A stretch of DNA of 63,882 nucleotides, the filler included, from Octopus bimaculoides (Eukaryota), in NCBI RefSeq assembly GCF_001194135.2. It is 5 parts of 4 records of this genome, joined end to end, with 100 filler letters (N's around TTAATTAATTAA, not from the genome) between each part and the next. Parts side by side here need not be neighbours in the genome. Positions count along the whole stretch, not along the records: positions 1 to 30,095 come from NC_068986.1; 4 more parts are not named here. One strand, written 5' to 3'. The notes beneath the pieces were generated by a model, which worked only from the letters and a program-made list of their open reading frames with translations, ran no database searches and was not told the origin of the DNA. Positions 11,174 to 23,822 of the stretch are shown here, one piece after another. Positions within the stretch are counted from its first letter, which is position 1. Each line of letters starts with the position of its first letter. The translations under genes were made by a program, and so were the position numbers.

Positions 11174-11256
<83 letters not shown>

Positions 11257-11258
11257 TG
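10958..11258. repeat. Degenerate (TG)n array with higher-order subrepeat
   Basis: Alternating purine-pyrimidine tract; the source of many spurious ORFs. Confidence 0.95.
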
Positions 11259-11557
11259 TGTAGGATAACCAATAATTCTACAAACCTGCATTTTCTTCCA
11301 AACAATGGACTTGATGGACTAAAACATCCAGTGTGCCGCTGTAATAATGTATATCGTCCACTGAAAATAAACAAATATTAGACAATACACAACTATAACG
11401 TAATCAGTGCGCGAGGAGAATGTAGTGCAGTTTCTTAGTTTGTATGTGGTCGCTCAACTCACTAGAAATAACAGTCGAATCTTCCTTAAATCATATCCTA
11501 CTCTCTTAGGATAAGCATACCTCGCAGCTGAAATGCAAATGAGGGCAGGAACATCAA

Positions 11558-11790
11558 AGGCGGAGGGCTGACAGAATCGTTAGCAAGCTGGACGAAATGC
11601 TTAGCAGTATTTCGTCTGCTGTTACGTTCTGAGTTCAAATTCTACCGAGATCGACTTTGCCTTTTATCCTTTCGAGGTCGATAAATTAAGTACCAGTTGC
11701 GCACTGGGGTCGATCTAATCGACTTAATTCCTTTGTCTGTCCTTGTTTGTCCCCTCTATGTTTAGCCCACAAGGGGCTAAACATAGGGGG
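11558..11790 (+). mobile_element. SINE family B copy
   Basis: Family B consensus, including box B GAGTTCAAATTC. Confidence 0.88.
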
Positions 11791-12461
11791 GGGGGGCATC
11801 AAACTCCCTTATTCACCAAATGCCACATATCAGATGAGGTTTCAAGTAATGAAAGTGTAGCAAAACTAACAGCTCTCGAGTTGAAACTAGTAAAAGAATA
11901 AAAGAATAATAAATAGACTATATAGCGCTATTTACTTCTAAAAAACCTGGATGGTCACAACTGAAATTTAACCATAGGTATAATACGGGTATCTCCAATA
12001 TCTTTATTATACCCTAGGTATAATATGGGTATCTCCCATATCAATTATATCACGATTAAGAATCTCAGAAGTTTCTTCTAGCTTCTGCTTGCACCGTAAA
12101 GGTTGATGAGAATCTAAACCCTAAAACCCACAGTGTTCTTGTGAGGACCTTTGAAAGACAAATCCCCACAAATCCATTAATTAATGGAATGAGTGAGGTG
12201 CCTGATACCGTGCACCACAAACGTGAGCAGAATAGAAACAACAGACTCGATGTAACAGCACAGTTGACCATGGGCTAAAACAAAGAAACGAACGAACAAT
12301 AACACCAGCGATACACACACACACACACACACAGAAAAAAAATAACAGCAAAGACATTAACGAAGAGCAATGTTTTTCACATTTCTTTTACCTGCAAACT
12401 TCAAATCTGGCATCTGTGAGACCTGTAAAAAGGGAAGAAGACAGGCTGTTGAATAATAATT

Positions 12462-12526
<65 letters not shown>

Positions 12527-12555
12527 CATATAAATAAAGTCGGATACGTTATATA

Positions 12556-12600
12556 CTAGCAGAAGTACCCGGCGTTGCTCAGGATTCAAATACTACAATG
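12556..12600 (-). mobile_element. Probable Helitron 3' terminus (degenerate hairpin + CTAG|T)
   Basis: Minus strand reads ...CCTGAGCAACGCCGGGTACTTCTG-CTAG|TATA, the typical Helitron 3' layout. The 5' extent is unknown. Confidence 0.45.
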
Positions 12601-13648
12601 CTTCTGAAACTTAGTAAATTTCCTATGTCATAAATAACATTAACGCCAAATTAACAAAATTGATCGCTTATTGTAACAATTGTAACAAAACTGTCGCAAA
12701 TTGTAACAAAATTGGTTGCCGGGTACCGCTGAATCCAAACGGTAACAGTTTGATACGAAGTCCTGAGAAGGGCTTTAATGCGTTCTCGAATGTGTAACAA
12801 TCATGAGTGAAGTAACCTTTTGTCGTTCTCACAATTTGATAAGAAGCTCCGAAAAGGCCTTTAACGCGTCCTCAGGTGGTGTAAGAATCGTATGTAAAGT
12901 GGCCCTGAAAAGGGCCTTTTTTTTCGTTTACACCGAAAGCAACGGAACTGTGAAATGTGAAATTCTGTGAAAACAGATGACAAGCTTAAGTTGGACAAAG
13001 GAAAAGAAACATGGTTCATGAAGTGCCTACAACACCTCTCTGTAGACCACATTTTTTTGTTTTGCCATTAGGTGCAAGTACGAATAAATTTTATTGCTTC
13101 CAACTCTGGAGCATCCGACATATAACTGGTCATGAGGGAAACATGGCTCGCCTAAATGGAGGCCTGCCGTGGTTAGGGTTTGGCACGATGAATGAAAAAA
13201 TTAACCTATTAAACGAATTATTAAAAAAAGGTGGAAGCAAGGACAGGCAGTTAGCTATCTGGACACAAAGATACTGAATACAATATTTTTTAACGACACG
13301 TAAGCTAAAAACTAGTTGGCAGCAACAGTATGAAGGAGTTAACTTAATTGAGTATGGGGACAACAAAAAATTTCAGCAGTAAGTTAAAGCAATAATGTCA
13401 ACTGGTAAGCCTAACATGTAAGCCGAAGCGCGTATGAGATATGCACAAAAGCGCATCAATAATTACGATTTGGCACTGGCATGATCAGATGAACAGTGTT
13501 CCACCAATGAAATTTAGTTAAAGAATTAATTGGACGGGCTCATATTCATAGTCCACTCCTTGTTGACAGACCATTGACGTAATGCCATTAAGGAAAATGG
13601 TGGTGAAAAGGAGTCATTATGATCGTCGGCGATAATAGGGGAGAGTCT

Positions 13649-13751
13649 TTGGTCGGCCCGAGGCTATAGTAAAAGACATTCGCCCAAGGTACCACGCAGT
13701 GGGAATGAACACAGAACCATGTGGTTGGGAAGTAAACTTCTTACCACACAT
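13649..13751 (-). mobile_element. SINE family A 5' fragment
   Basis: tRNA head and CCTTGGGC core on the minus strand. Confidence 0.8.
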
Positions 13752-13858
13752 ATACCTTTATGTTAAGTTATAATGAAAACAATTTTACACTCCGACGCTG
13801 GCTTAGCTGGCCGAAACTTTGAAGTCACTGTCAACAACATTTTGGTACAAGAATAACG

Positions 13859-13919
<61 letters not shown>

Positions 13920-15414
13920 NNNNNNNNNNNNNNNNNNNNNNNNNNNNNNNNNNNNNNNNNNNNNNNNNNNNNNNNNNNNNNNNNNNNNNNNNNNNNNNNN
14001 NNNNNNNNNNNNNNNNNNNNNNNNNNNNNNNNNNNNNNNNNNNNNNNNNNNNNNNNNNNNNNNNNNNNNNNNNNNNNNNNNNNNNNNNNNNNNNNNNNNN
14101 NNNNNNNNNNNNNNNNNNNNNNNNNNNNNNNNNNNNNNNNNNNNNNNNNNNNNNNNNNNNNNNNNNNNNNNNNNNNNNNNNNNNNNNNNNNNNNNNNNNN
14201 NNNNNNNNNNNNNNNNNNNNNNNNNNNNNNNNNNNNNNNNNNNNNNNNNNNNNNNNNNNNNNNNNNNNNNNNNNNNNNNNNNNNNNNNNNNNNNNNNNNN
14301 NNNNNNNNNNNNNNNNNNNNNNNNNNNNNNNNNNNNNNNNNNNNNNNNNNNNNNNNNNNNNNNNNNNNNNNNNNNNNNNNNNNNNNNNNNNNNNNNNNNN
14401 NNNNNNNNNNNNNNNNNNNNNNNNNNNNNNNNNNNNNNNNNNNNNNNNNNNNNNNNNNNNNNNNNNNNNNNNNNNNNNNNNNNNNNNNNNNNAGAGAGAG
14501 AGAGAGAGAGAGATTTCTACACCGTGGTCGTTCAACCTGCTTGATATAAAAGTCAAATTTCTCCCAGGTCATAATCTGCAGCCTTATGTACGATGTAAAT
14601 GCAAAGAAATGTGCTAACTTCCGATGTATCCTAGATGTCAAATCTAAAACAAAAGTCACTGATGAGGACTCCACAAATGTGAACTCTAATCCATACCAAC
14701 CCTAGGTACCACAAATCAATTTTTTCTACAACATAAAACACACAACCCATTTATTTCTGAGACGCAGTTTACCCGCTCCTTATCCTGTACTCTATCGCTA
14801 CTGCCCAAGTTATACTTTTTACTCAAGCTTCATTTCGAAAGATGGCGTCTGCATATGTGTGTATTCTATACTCCTGTCCACTCACTTCTTCCACCTAGAC
14901 ATCGGCAACAAGGAATTCTTGTTACTCAAACTTAAAGTCTCCCTCCCTTCATTTCTGCAATTAAAGCTTCGTCCTTTACCGATCTCTCCGAGTCATCAGT
15001 AACTATTGACCGAAACCACCGTTTTCGTGATGTCAATGCTCACAATTGTTCTTCACTCTCACATTCATCGCACACTAATGCCATTTGTACAGGAACCGAG
15101 TCGTTTGCGATCCTCAACTTCTATCAACTTCTATCATGCCTACACGAATCCTTTCCAAACACACACACACACACACGCACATACACGCCCTAACACGTAC
15201 ACATACAGTCACATACACGCACTAACAAGTGCAAAAATACGCGGCACACATTTGCACAACGCATGCCGAACATAAACCCCTGCAGCATAGAAAATTAGGT
15301 GTAACATACAAACACCATACTAAACTCACAAAAGACACGGAGGTGTAAAAATGATGATTCGGTAAAAGCACATTTGAAACTGTTGAAAATAGAAGGAGGA
15401 GGGGGAGGAGCAGA

Positions 15415-15512
15415 AGAAGAAGAAGAAGAAGAAGAAGAAGAAGAAGAAGAAGAAGAAGAAGAAGAAGAAGAAGAAGAAGAAGAAGAAGAAGAAGAAGAAG
15501 AAGAAGAAGAAG
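15415..15512. repeat. (GAA)n microsatellite
   Basis: Pure run; produces the poly-E/poly-S ORF artefacts. Confidence 0.98.
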
Positions 15513-15780
15513 ACGAACGTACCTGGGAGTACTGTCTGATACAGGTTAAGAATTCCTCAATATCAATATCTGTGAAACAGTAGAATAGCAAGAGATAGTC
15601 AAATGATTTTAGTAGCTACTTACAGAGGAAGGGCCACGCTCAGCATATAAGTAAAACATACAAGAACAGCAAACGGTGATCCCATATCGAAATAAACAGC
15701 GCATGAATTTGCAGGTGTAATTTGCAAATGTAATTGACTAGTCTCCACCCACCAAATGTCAGGTCCTGTACCTATAGTAC

Positions 15781-15845
<65 letters not shown>

Positions 15846-15847
15846 TT

Positions 15848-16060
15848 TACGCGGCGTGCTGGCAGAATCCTTAGCATGCCGGCAAAATGCTTAGCGGCAT
15901 TTTGTCCAACTTCTGAGTTCTGAGTTCAAATTCTGCCGAGGTCGACTTTGCTTTCATCTTTTCGGCGTCGATAAATTAAGTACGAGTGAAACACTAGAGT
16001 TGATGTAATCGACTTAGCACCTCCCGGAAATTGCTGGCCTTGTATCGAAATTTGAAAGCA
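15848..16060 (+). mobile_element. SINE family B copy (alternative tail type)
   Basis: Family B body with tail CCCGGAAATTGCTGGCCTTGTATCGAAATTTGAAA. Confidence 0.82.
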
Positions 16061-16443
16061 ATATCAAAGAAGCAGGGAAGCAAGTAGAAGGAAAGAATGA
16101 AACAAATGAAACTAAAAGAGAAAAAGACAGCAAAAAAGAACGTAAGACAGAAAAAAGGGCAAGAAAGAAAGAGGTAAGTAAAGAAAAGAACAAATAGCAA
16201 AGAAAGAAACAAACAAACAAAGATGTGGGGAGGTTATTTACTCTTGTTTACGTACCCGGGTAATTGTTTTCATTCAACTTTTGTCTCCATAATTCTTGTT
16301 GGAAATATGATGTAAAAATGAAATGATATTCCTTTTTGGTATCAATGTCATTGACTATGAGTCTGAGATGTGGCATGAGAAGTGAAATAAAATATTCCTG
16401 GAAAAAATAAACCATTGTGTACATATAAATATATAGTAAAGTT

Positions 16444-17240
16444 TATTTGGCAACATTATGTGGCAGTCCTATACAAGGACGATGTTATTGTTATTTAACC
16501 CCAGGAAAACATCTTTTCCAGTTGGCTACCGACACACAATTTGTGTCCGTATAGTATATTGCAAAAGTGGTCATCGCTCCTATCTCTAGCCTTACGTGAT
16601 ACTCACAGACCTAGGTTTCTGGGTGGATACCCATCCTCAGTGTGAGACAACCAGTGGAAGTGATGAAGGCTCTCTCCGTTGGCAAATACTATATATTCTT
16701 TAAGCGACACACCGTCGCTGATCTCGTAAAGAGAAAAACATTTTTTTTTAAATCACTGAGCGAGAGATATACAGTAACAGTACCGAATAGTAAAGTTTAT
16801 TTGCCAACGTAATGTAGCAGTCCTATACAAGGATGATGTTGCTGTTATTTAACCCCAGGAAAACATCTTTTCCAGTCGGTTACCGACACGTAAATTTGTG
16901 TCCGTATAGTACATTCGGTACTGTTACTGTATCTGTCTCGCTCATAAATTTTAAACAAGTTGTTTTTCTCTTTACAACGGAGAGAGCCTTCATCACTTCC
17001 ACTGGTTGTCTCGCACTGAGGACAGCAAACTACCCACAAACCTAGGTCTGTGAGTATCACGTAAGGCTAGAGATAGGAGCGATGACCCCTTTTGCAATAT
17101 ACTATATGGACACAAATCGTGTGTCGGTAACCAACTAGAAAAGATGTTTCCTGGGGTTAAATAAAAGTAACATCGTCCTTGTATAGGACTGTCACATTAT
17201 GTTGGCAAATATCTCGCTCAAAAATTTAAAACAAGTTTTC
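16444..17240. repeat. Nested fold-back inverted repeat
   Basis: Arm A 16444-16681 pairs with 16975-17211; arm B 16726-16788 pairs with 16913-16975; the loop is a second partial copy of A (16789-16912). Confidence 0.92.
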
Positions 17241-17293
17241 TCTTTATATATATATATCTGTAATATAATATTTGACAATTATTCGGTTGCCAT

Positions 17294-17354
17294 AATAAAA
17301 CTCCGAGTTTCGGATGTCGGGACGGAAACCTACTCCGGCATCTCTTCAGTTATC
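17294..17354 (-). ncRNA. Minimal type-I hammerhead ribozyme-like motif (Penelope-type)
   Basis: GATAA-CTGAAGA-GATGCCGG...CCGACATC-C-GAAA-CTCGGAGT-T-TTATT: helix I, core, helix II, palindromic helix III, GUU triplet. There is one extra C before GAAA. Paralogous to 41228-41288. Confidence 0.55.
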
Positions 17355-17644
17355 GAGGCAATCAAAATATTCTATGAAAATTACCGTTAAACAAAGGGAA
17401 ATTACTATGTAACTGACCGTTATTAAGACAAAAGAGCTATTAGAATGACCGTTAAATAAGGGAAAAAACCGAAGTGGAGAAAGTAAAAAGTAAAGGAGTA
17501 AAAATGCTCATAGCAATCGTGCATGTGCGCATGTACATACATACACATCCGCGCACGCACAACCACGTACATGTCCCTATATGCATATGATCACTCACTC
17601 GCATGAAACACACACATGCGCACCCACACATACGCCAATAGATG

Positions 17645-17685
<41 letters not shown>

Positions 17686-17884
17686 NNNNNNNNNNNNNNN
17701 NNNNNNNNNNNNNNNNNNNNNNNNNNNNNNNNNNNNNNNNNNNNNNNNNNNNNNNNNNNNNNNNNNNNNNNNNNNNNNNNNNNNNNNNNNNNNNNNNNNN
17801 NNNNNNNNNATATAGTGATGAAATGTATGTCATACATTAGTACACTCACTCTTTTAAATCGACGTTGCTCGAACAGTTGCACAG

Positions 17885-18090
17885 TATACCACAGGGGGGG
17901 GGGCTAAACATAGAGGGGACAAACAAGGACAGACAATGGGATTAAATCGATTACATCAACCCCAGTGCGTAACTGGTACTTAATTTATCGACCCCGAAAG
18001 GACGAAAGGCAAAGTCGACCTCGGCGGATTTTGAACTCAGAACGTAACGGCAGGTGAAACACCTGGTGTGCTAACGATTCTGTCAGCTCA
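17885..18090 (-). mobile_element. SINE family B copy
   Basis: Family B consensus, with an internal deletion near the head. Confidence 0.85.
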
Positions 18091-18590
18091 CACAATATTA
18101 TTTTACAGACATTTACCTCTATGGTAAAGTTTTTATCCTGCATTATCTGGAAATGTATATGATGTTAGACACAGTCAACTTTCAAATGGTGGCAAGATGT
18201 AGGTATGAAGTGCATTTATCATGCCGTACATAGACAATGCATGTAGTTGCCACGTAGTGGCCACAAAAACAAAACAAAAACTAGAGCAATTTTAGATGTC
18301 TGCATCCCGGCCTAATAAAGCTCCTTCTCGAGTCATATAGACTTCGAAGACCGGTATCTGTAGCGTATATATTCCTCATTTGACGGGACACCGGTCCATC
18401 GTAGGACAATTCCTTTTTTACCAGCTGATCGGACTGAAGCAAGATGAAATGAGGTGTCTCGCTCATGAACACAGCGCATCCCAGGCCAGGAAACGGATCT
18501 ACAATCCTACGATTTAACACCTTAACCGCTAAGCCACACACACCCACAAACCCAAGTACACACCCACACATGTATGTATATATATTTATG

Positions 18591-18619
<29 letters not shown>

Positions 18620-18625
<6 letters not shown>

Positions 18626-19985
18626 TTAGAGAAAAGAACCAAGGTTCATGAACTCATCCATGAAAATCCAGTCACATATAGAAAAATTAATAAGTAAAAG
18701 CACAATGAATAAGTATAATATAATACAAAGTAGATATCATAAGATAATGATAATAAAACGACTACACGTGTTTCATAACCAAATTTTCAAATAGAAAAAA
18801 TATTTAAATTGATTAAAACTATCGAAAATCAATTCTATTCAAAAATATAGCTAATCTTCAGGTCAAATTACAACAATAATAATAATAAAAGAATGTATAT
18901 ATCAACCAACAATAAATAACAAATGAATGTATATAAAACACTTATTATACTAAGATACAAAAATATTATTAAAGATATCAAAATTATAAACGTTCCATAA
19001 TTAACTTTATGTTTATTATAATATAAACTAACAGAAATAGTATATGCAAAAACTAATTTTAACGAATCTTTCGTTTAAAATACAATTTAAACGAAGTTTT
19101 AGGTTAAATTAATAAAGATACAAGTAATATTTATCTAAACGATGCTATAGTTTAAACTAAAAGATTTTAGACTAAAACGTTTATTAGAAAGAAGTCTATT
19201 GAAAATATTGCGTAAAGAAAAAGAATAGAATAAATAGATATAAAAACATGAATGAAAATTTTATTATAAATGAAAGATTAAACTTTATATAACTTAAATC
19301 ATAATAAAACAATTAACTATATTGTAAACATTTAATTGAACGTTAGAATCTAAATAATTATAGATTCAAACGAATAAGACTAAGAAACAATATATACAAA
19401 CAGAAATATTATATGCAAGTCTTATCTTAACGAATCTTTCGTTTAAAATACAATTTAAACGAGGTTTTAGGTTAAACTAAAATTATAAACGTAAAAAATA
19501 GACTAACAAAAATTAATTTATATAAATTAATATATAAAAGCAATTATATCACCATTAAATAAAGGAAAAAACATTTAACAAGATTATTGAAAAGAGATAC
19601 AAAGTTTATCTAATCGAAACTTTAGTTTAAATAAAATTATAAAGTTATAAATGTTGTACTATTGACAGAGCATTAATTAGAAAATAAACTAATAATCAAA
19701 GAAATTAAATAAAAAGACTACTTATTTATCCCATAAAACAAAAAGAAATATTAAACAAGATTAATGGAAAAAATTCAATCCTAATCTAATCGAAGTCTTG
19801 GTTTAGGCTAAGATGATAAACTCACAACTATTAATTCGGTGTTAAAAAGGGTATCGACTAAAATTATCTTTAAAAATCAATTGAATTAATATAAAAATCC
19901 ATATTTTTTCAAACAATGATATAAAGTCATTTAACAAAGGTAAGACGACACTTATCGCAACGATGCTGTAGTTTAAATTATCTGT
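18620..19985 (-). mobile_element. Very AT-rich block with internal ~365-bp-spaced duplication, probably a Penelope-like pseudo-LTR/UTR
   Basis: Flanked by (TA)n; carries the hammerhead motif; segment ACAGAAAT..TATGCAA...AACGAATCTTTCGTTTAAAATACAATTTAAACGA.GTTTTAGGTTAAA occurs at ~19032 and ~19400. Confidence 0.45.
18760..18864 (-). ncRNA. Minimal type-I hammerhead ribozyme-like motif with long AT-rich helix II
   Basis: GAC-CTGAAGA-(~80-nt imperfect stem)-GAAA-CACGTGT-A-GTC; palindromic helix III ACACGTGT; GUA triplet; 3-4 bp helix I. Confidence 0.6.
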
Positions 19986-20019
19986 AATTTTGGATTTTTA
20001 TCCCTAATATTATTGTTAT

Positions 20020-20105
<86 letters not shown>

Positions 20106-21149
20106 ATATATGTACATACATACGTATATATGTACATACATATATATTTCAAATATTTTACAAAAACACAAGAGGAAAATTTTAGAAAAAACATAAAAAG
20201 CAGAAAATTCGTAACTGATCCCTCATTAGTCAACGTCTAAAGATCCTTACAATTTCGCGCCTTCAACGTTGATATTATTCACTTTTGGTGGCACCAGTGG
20301 CGAAAAGCCATTGAGAATAGCTAATGAAGGTATAGGACAATGACGAAAACAAACATGACAAAATAAAATATACACATACAATAACAAAAAAAAAAAAGAT
20401 AGATATGGGGTAGCGTAGGGATAATAAAAATGTCCTGTAAGACTGGAGGCAAGAGAAGGACAAATAGAAAGTCAGATGAAGGAAGGAGTGAAGTATTAGG
20501 AAAGAAAACAGAGAGGGAGGTAAGTAAAAGAGAGACAGAAATAGATGTCGCACAAAAATTATTCCAAGAATATCTTATAAATTGGTATATATATATTTAT
20601 ATNNNNNNNNNNNNNNNNNNNNNNNNNNNNNNNNNNNNNNNNNNNNNNNNNNNNNNNNNNNNNNNNNNNNNNNNNNNNNNNNNNNNNNNNNNNNNNNNNN
20701 NNNNNNNNNNNNNNNNNNNNNNNNNNNNNNNNNNNNNNNNNNNNNNNNNNNNNNNNNNNNNNNNNNNNNNNNNNNNNNNNNNNNNNNNNNNNNNNNNNNN
20801 NNNNNNNNNNNNNNNNNNNNNNNNNNNNNNNNNNNNNNNNNNNNNNNNNNNNNNNNNNNNNNNNNNNNNNNNNNNNNNNNNNNNNNNNNNNNNNNNNNNN
20901 NNNNNNNNNNNNNNNNNNNNNNNNNNNNNNNNNNNNNNNNNNNNNNNNNNNNNNNNNNNNNNNNNNNNNNNNNNNNNNNNNNNNNNNNNNNNNNNNNNNN
21001 NNNNNNNNNNNNNNNNNNNNNNNNNNNNNNNNNNNNNNNNNNNNNNNNNNNNNNNNNNNNNNNNNNNNNNNNNNNNNNNNNNNNNNNNNNNNNNNNNNNN
21101 NNNNNNNNNNNNNNNNNNNNNNNNNNNATATATATATATATATATATAT

Positions 21150-21432
21150 ATAGTATGCATCAGAGCAGCTGACTGGCTTCCGTACCGGTGGCACGGAAAA
21201 AATCATTCGAGCGTGGCTGTTGCCAGTACCGCTCGACTGGCCCTCGTGCCGGTACCACGTAAAAGCACCCACTACACTCTCGGAGTGGTTGGCGTTAGGA
21301 AGGGCATCCAGCTGTAGAAACTTTGCCAGATCATATTGGAGCCTGGTGCAGCCATCTGGTCAAATCGTCCAACCCATGCTAGCATTGAAAACAGACGTTA
21401 AACGATGATGATGATCATGATCATGATCATGA
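21150..21432 (+). mobile_element. RTE-related LINE/SINE 3' end with (GAT)n tail
   Basis: GTGGTTGGCGTTAGGAAGGGCATCCAGCTGTAGAAAC...CCAACCCATGCTAGCATTGAAAACAGACGTTAAACGATGATGATG resembles RTE-type 3' UTRs. Confidence 0.65.
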
Positions 21433-23603
21433 TACGTTAATAAAATACAACATGATATTCTTATATCAACATTAACAACCGGTTTCATACCAGGCGTTGA
21501 GATATCCGAGACAATCATGCATAAGGCCGAAAGGAGTAGTACGGACTGGAGCCTGAAAGTATCACCTCCAGTCTGTTGATATTATGGCTGTTGTTACATC
21601 TTAATAAATAAATAAATATATGATGGAATGAAATCGTCCAAAGAAAAATCGTTTTTAATTCATTGAAATAATGATCGCGGGATTGAGAGCAAAATATGCT
21701 AGGGTATGCTAGGGTACATTTGCGTTTATGAGAGCAAGAGCAGAATACCTGGCTCTTTTAGTTACGGGGGATTAAGAACTGTGGATATCCCATTCACATA
21801 AAATCATTTACAGCTTTGTTAACACATAAATAAAGAATATTTATCCACCAAATGTGGTGTTGAATACTCATTCTTATTATTCGATGCTACCGTTAATATA
21901 CATGTGTATATTACCAGTTCAAATATGTTTGAGGCATATTTGAGCTCGTAAGAAAGCCATTTATTGTATTTCATCAAGGGGAAAATTTTTTTTCGCCGTA
22001 AACAGATAGGTGTAGACACACCGAGTCAATTCGTAGCCACTCTAACCAGACTGCTTGATGCATGTATCTTAGTGTGCTTATCTCTTCCCCAGCAGCCATG
22101 CCCGGGGAAGTAGACGCTGCGAACTGACTTGAGAAACAGCTTCCTCTTATTATAAGCCTCTCATTTTTCAATGACTGGCTGCACTCCAACTAGACTGTTG
22201 GATGAGCACCGTATTTATGCACATCACTGCTTGGCGCTGTCGTCCCGGTCTTTAATTACGGCGAGCAGCTGAACAGTACAACTCGTTTTTTACACACACA
22301 CACACACACACACAAACACACACAGATATATATTATGCGTCTGCATGTTACAGTCGACTATGTACCTGCATGTGTTTGCATAGATCTGCACAACCTTCTT
22401 TTGGAAAAGATTGGTAGCTGCCTATGCTTGCAAGTCTCCGTGACATCCATGTCTAAGCTGACGTCAGCAGCCAGTATTGTCGCTGGCATCGCAGTCAGTG
22501 CGCATAGAGCCAAAACTGATCCCACAAGGTATCGTGCCCAGCTCTTTAACGATTGTCTACCCTGAACCGGTATCTTTCTCGAGAAAATCAAGCCTGAGAA
22601 CATGAAAGATGACCTTGGCAGAATTTGAACTTAGAGGGCAGTGTGTTGGAACAAATACCATAATGTATATATAGAGAGAGATAAAGAGAATTTGTAATAT
22701 GGTGAGAAATTAAGACAGAGAGAGACAAAGGGGGGAGAGAGAGGAAGACAGAGAGGCTAGAGAGTGACACGAAAAAAGAGAGGAGGATAGAGAAGGTAGA
22801 GAGTGAGAGAGAGAGAAACACGGGAGAGGTGAGAGAAAAACGTGAAAGATATATATATANNNNNNNNNNNNNNNNNNNNNNNNNNNNNNNNNNNNNNNNN
22901 NNNNNNNNNNNNNNNNNNNNNNNNNNNNNNNNNNNNNNNNNNNNNNNNNNNNNNNNNNNNNNNNNNNNNNNNNNNNNNNNNNNNNNNNNNNNNNNNNNNN
23001 NNNNNNNNNNNNNNNNNNNNNNNNNNNNNNNNNNNNNNNNNNNNNNNNNNNNNNNNNNNNNNNNNNNNNNNNNNNNNNNNNNNNNNNNNNNNNNNNNNNN
23101 NNNNNNNNNNNNNNNNNNNNNNNNNNNNNNNNNNNNNNNNNNNNNNNNNNNNNNNNNNNNNNNNNNNNNNNNNNNNNNNNNNNNNNNNNNNNNNNNNNNN
23201 NNNNNNNNNNNNNNNNNNNNNNNNNNNNNNNNNNNNNNNNNNNNNNNNNNNNNNNNNNNNNNNNNNNNNNNNNNNNNNNNNNNNNNNNNNNNNNNNNNNN
23301 NNNNNNNNNNNNNNNNNNNNNNNNNNNNNNNNNNNNNNNNNNNNNNNNNNNNNNNNNNNNNNNNNNNNNNNNNNNNNNNNNNNNNNNNNNNNNNNNNNNN
23401 NNNNNNNNNNNNNNNNNNNNNNNNNNNNNNNNNNNNNNNNNNNNNNNNNNNNNNNNNNNNNNNNNNNNNNNNNNNNNNNNNNNNNNNNNNNNNNNNNNNN
23501 NNNNNNNNNNNNNNNNNNNNNNNNNNNNNNNNNNNNNNNNNNNNNNNNNNNNNNNNNNNNNNNNNNNNNNNNNNNNNNNNNNNNNNNNNNNNNNNNNNNN
23601 NNN

Positions 23604-23659
<56 letters not shown>

Positions 23660-23663
<4 letters not shown>

Positions 23664-23822
23664 TCCACCACCATCACTTGACAACCGGTGCTGGTTTGTT
23701 TAAGTCCCCATAGCTTAGCGATTCGGCAAAAGAGACCAATAGAATAAGTACTGGGCTAACAAAGAATAAGTCCTGGGGTTGATTTGTTCGACTAAATGAC
23801 TGAAACAAGTAAAAGTATAAAA
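23660..23822 (+). mobile_element. SINE family A 3' half
   Basis: Follows (TG)n; family A 3' module. Confidence 0.85.

Noticed and set aside
11970-12055. Two ~42-bp tandem units (TAGGTATAAT..GGGTATCTCC.ATATC) as a CRISPR-like or regulatory array
   Set aside because: Only two copies, no unique spacers, eukaryotic context: a simple local duplication.
22335-22603. Overlapping 76-81 aa ORFs in GC-balanced unique sequence
   Set aside because: No recognisable motif or convincing splice pair; may be an old LINE remnant or a non-coding element.
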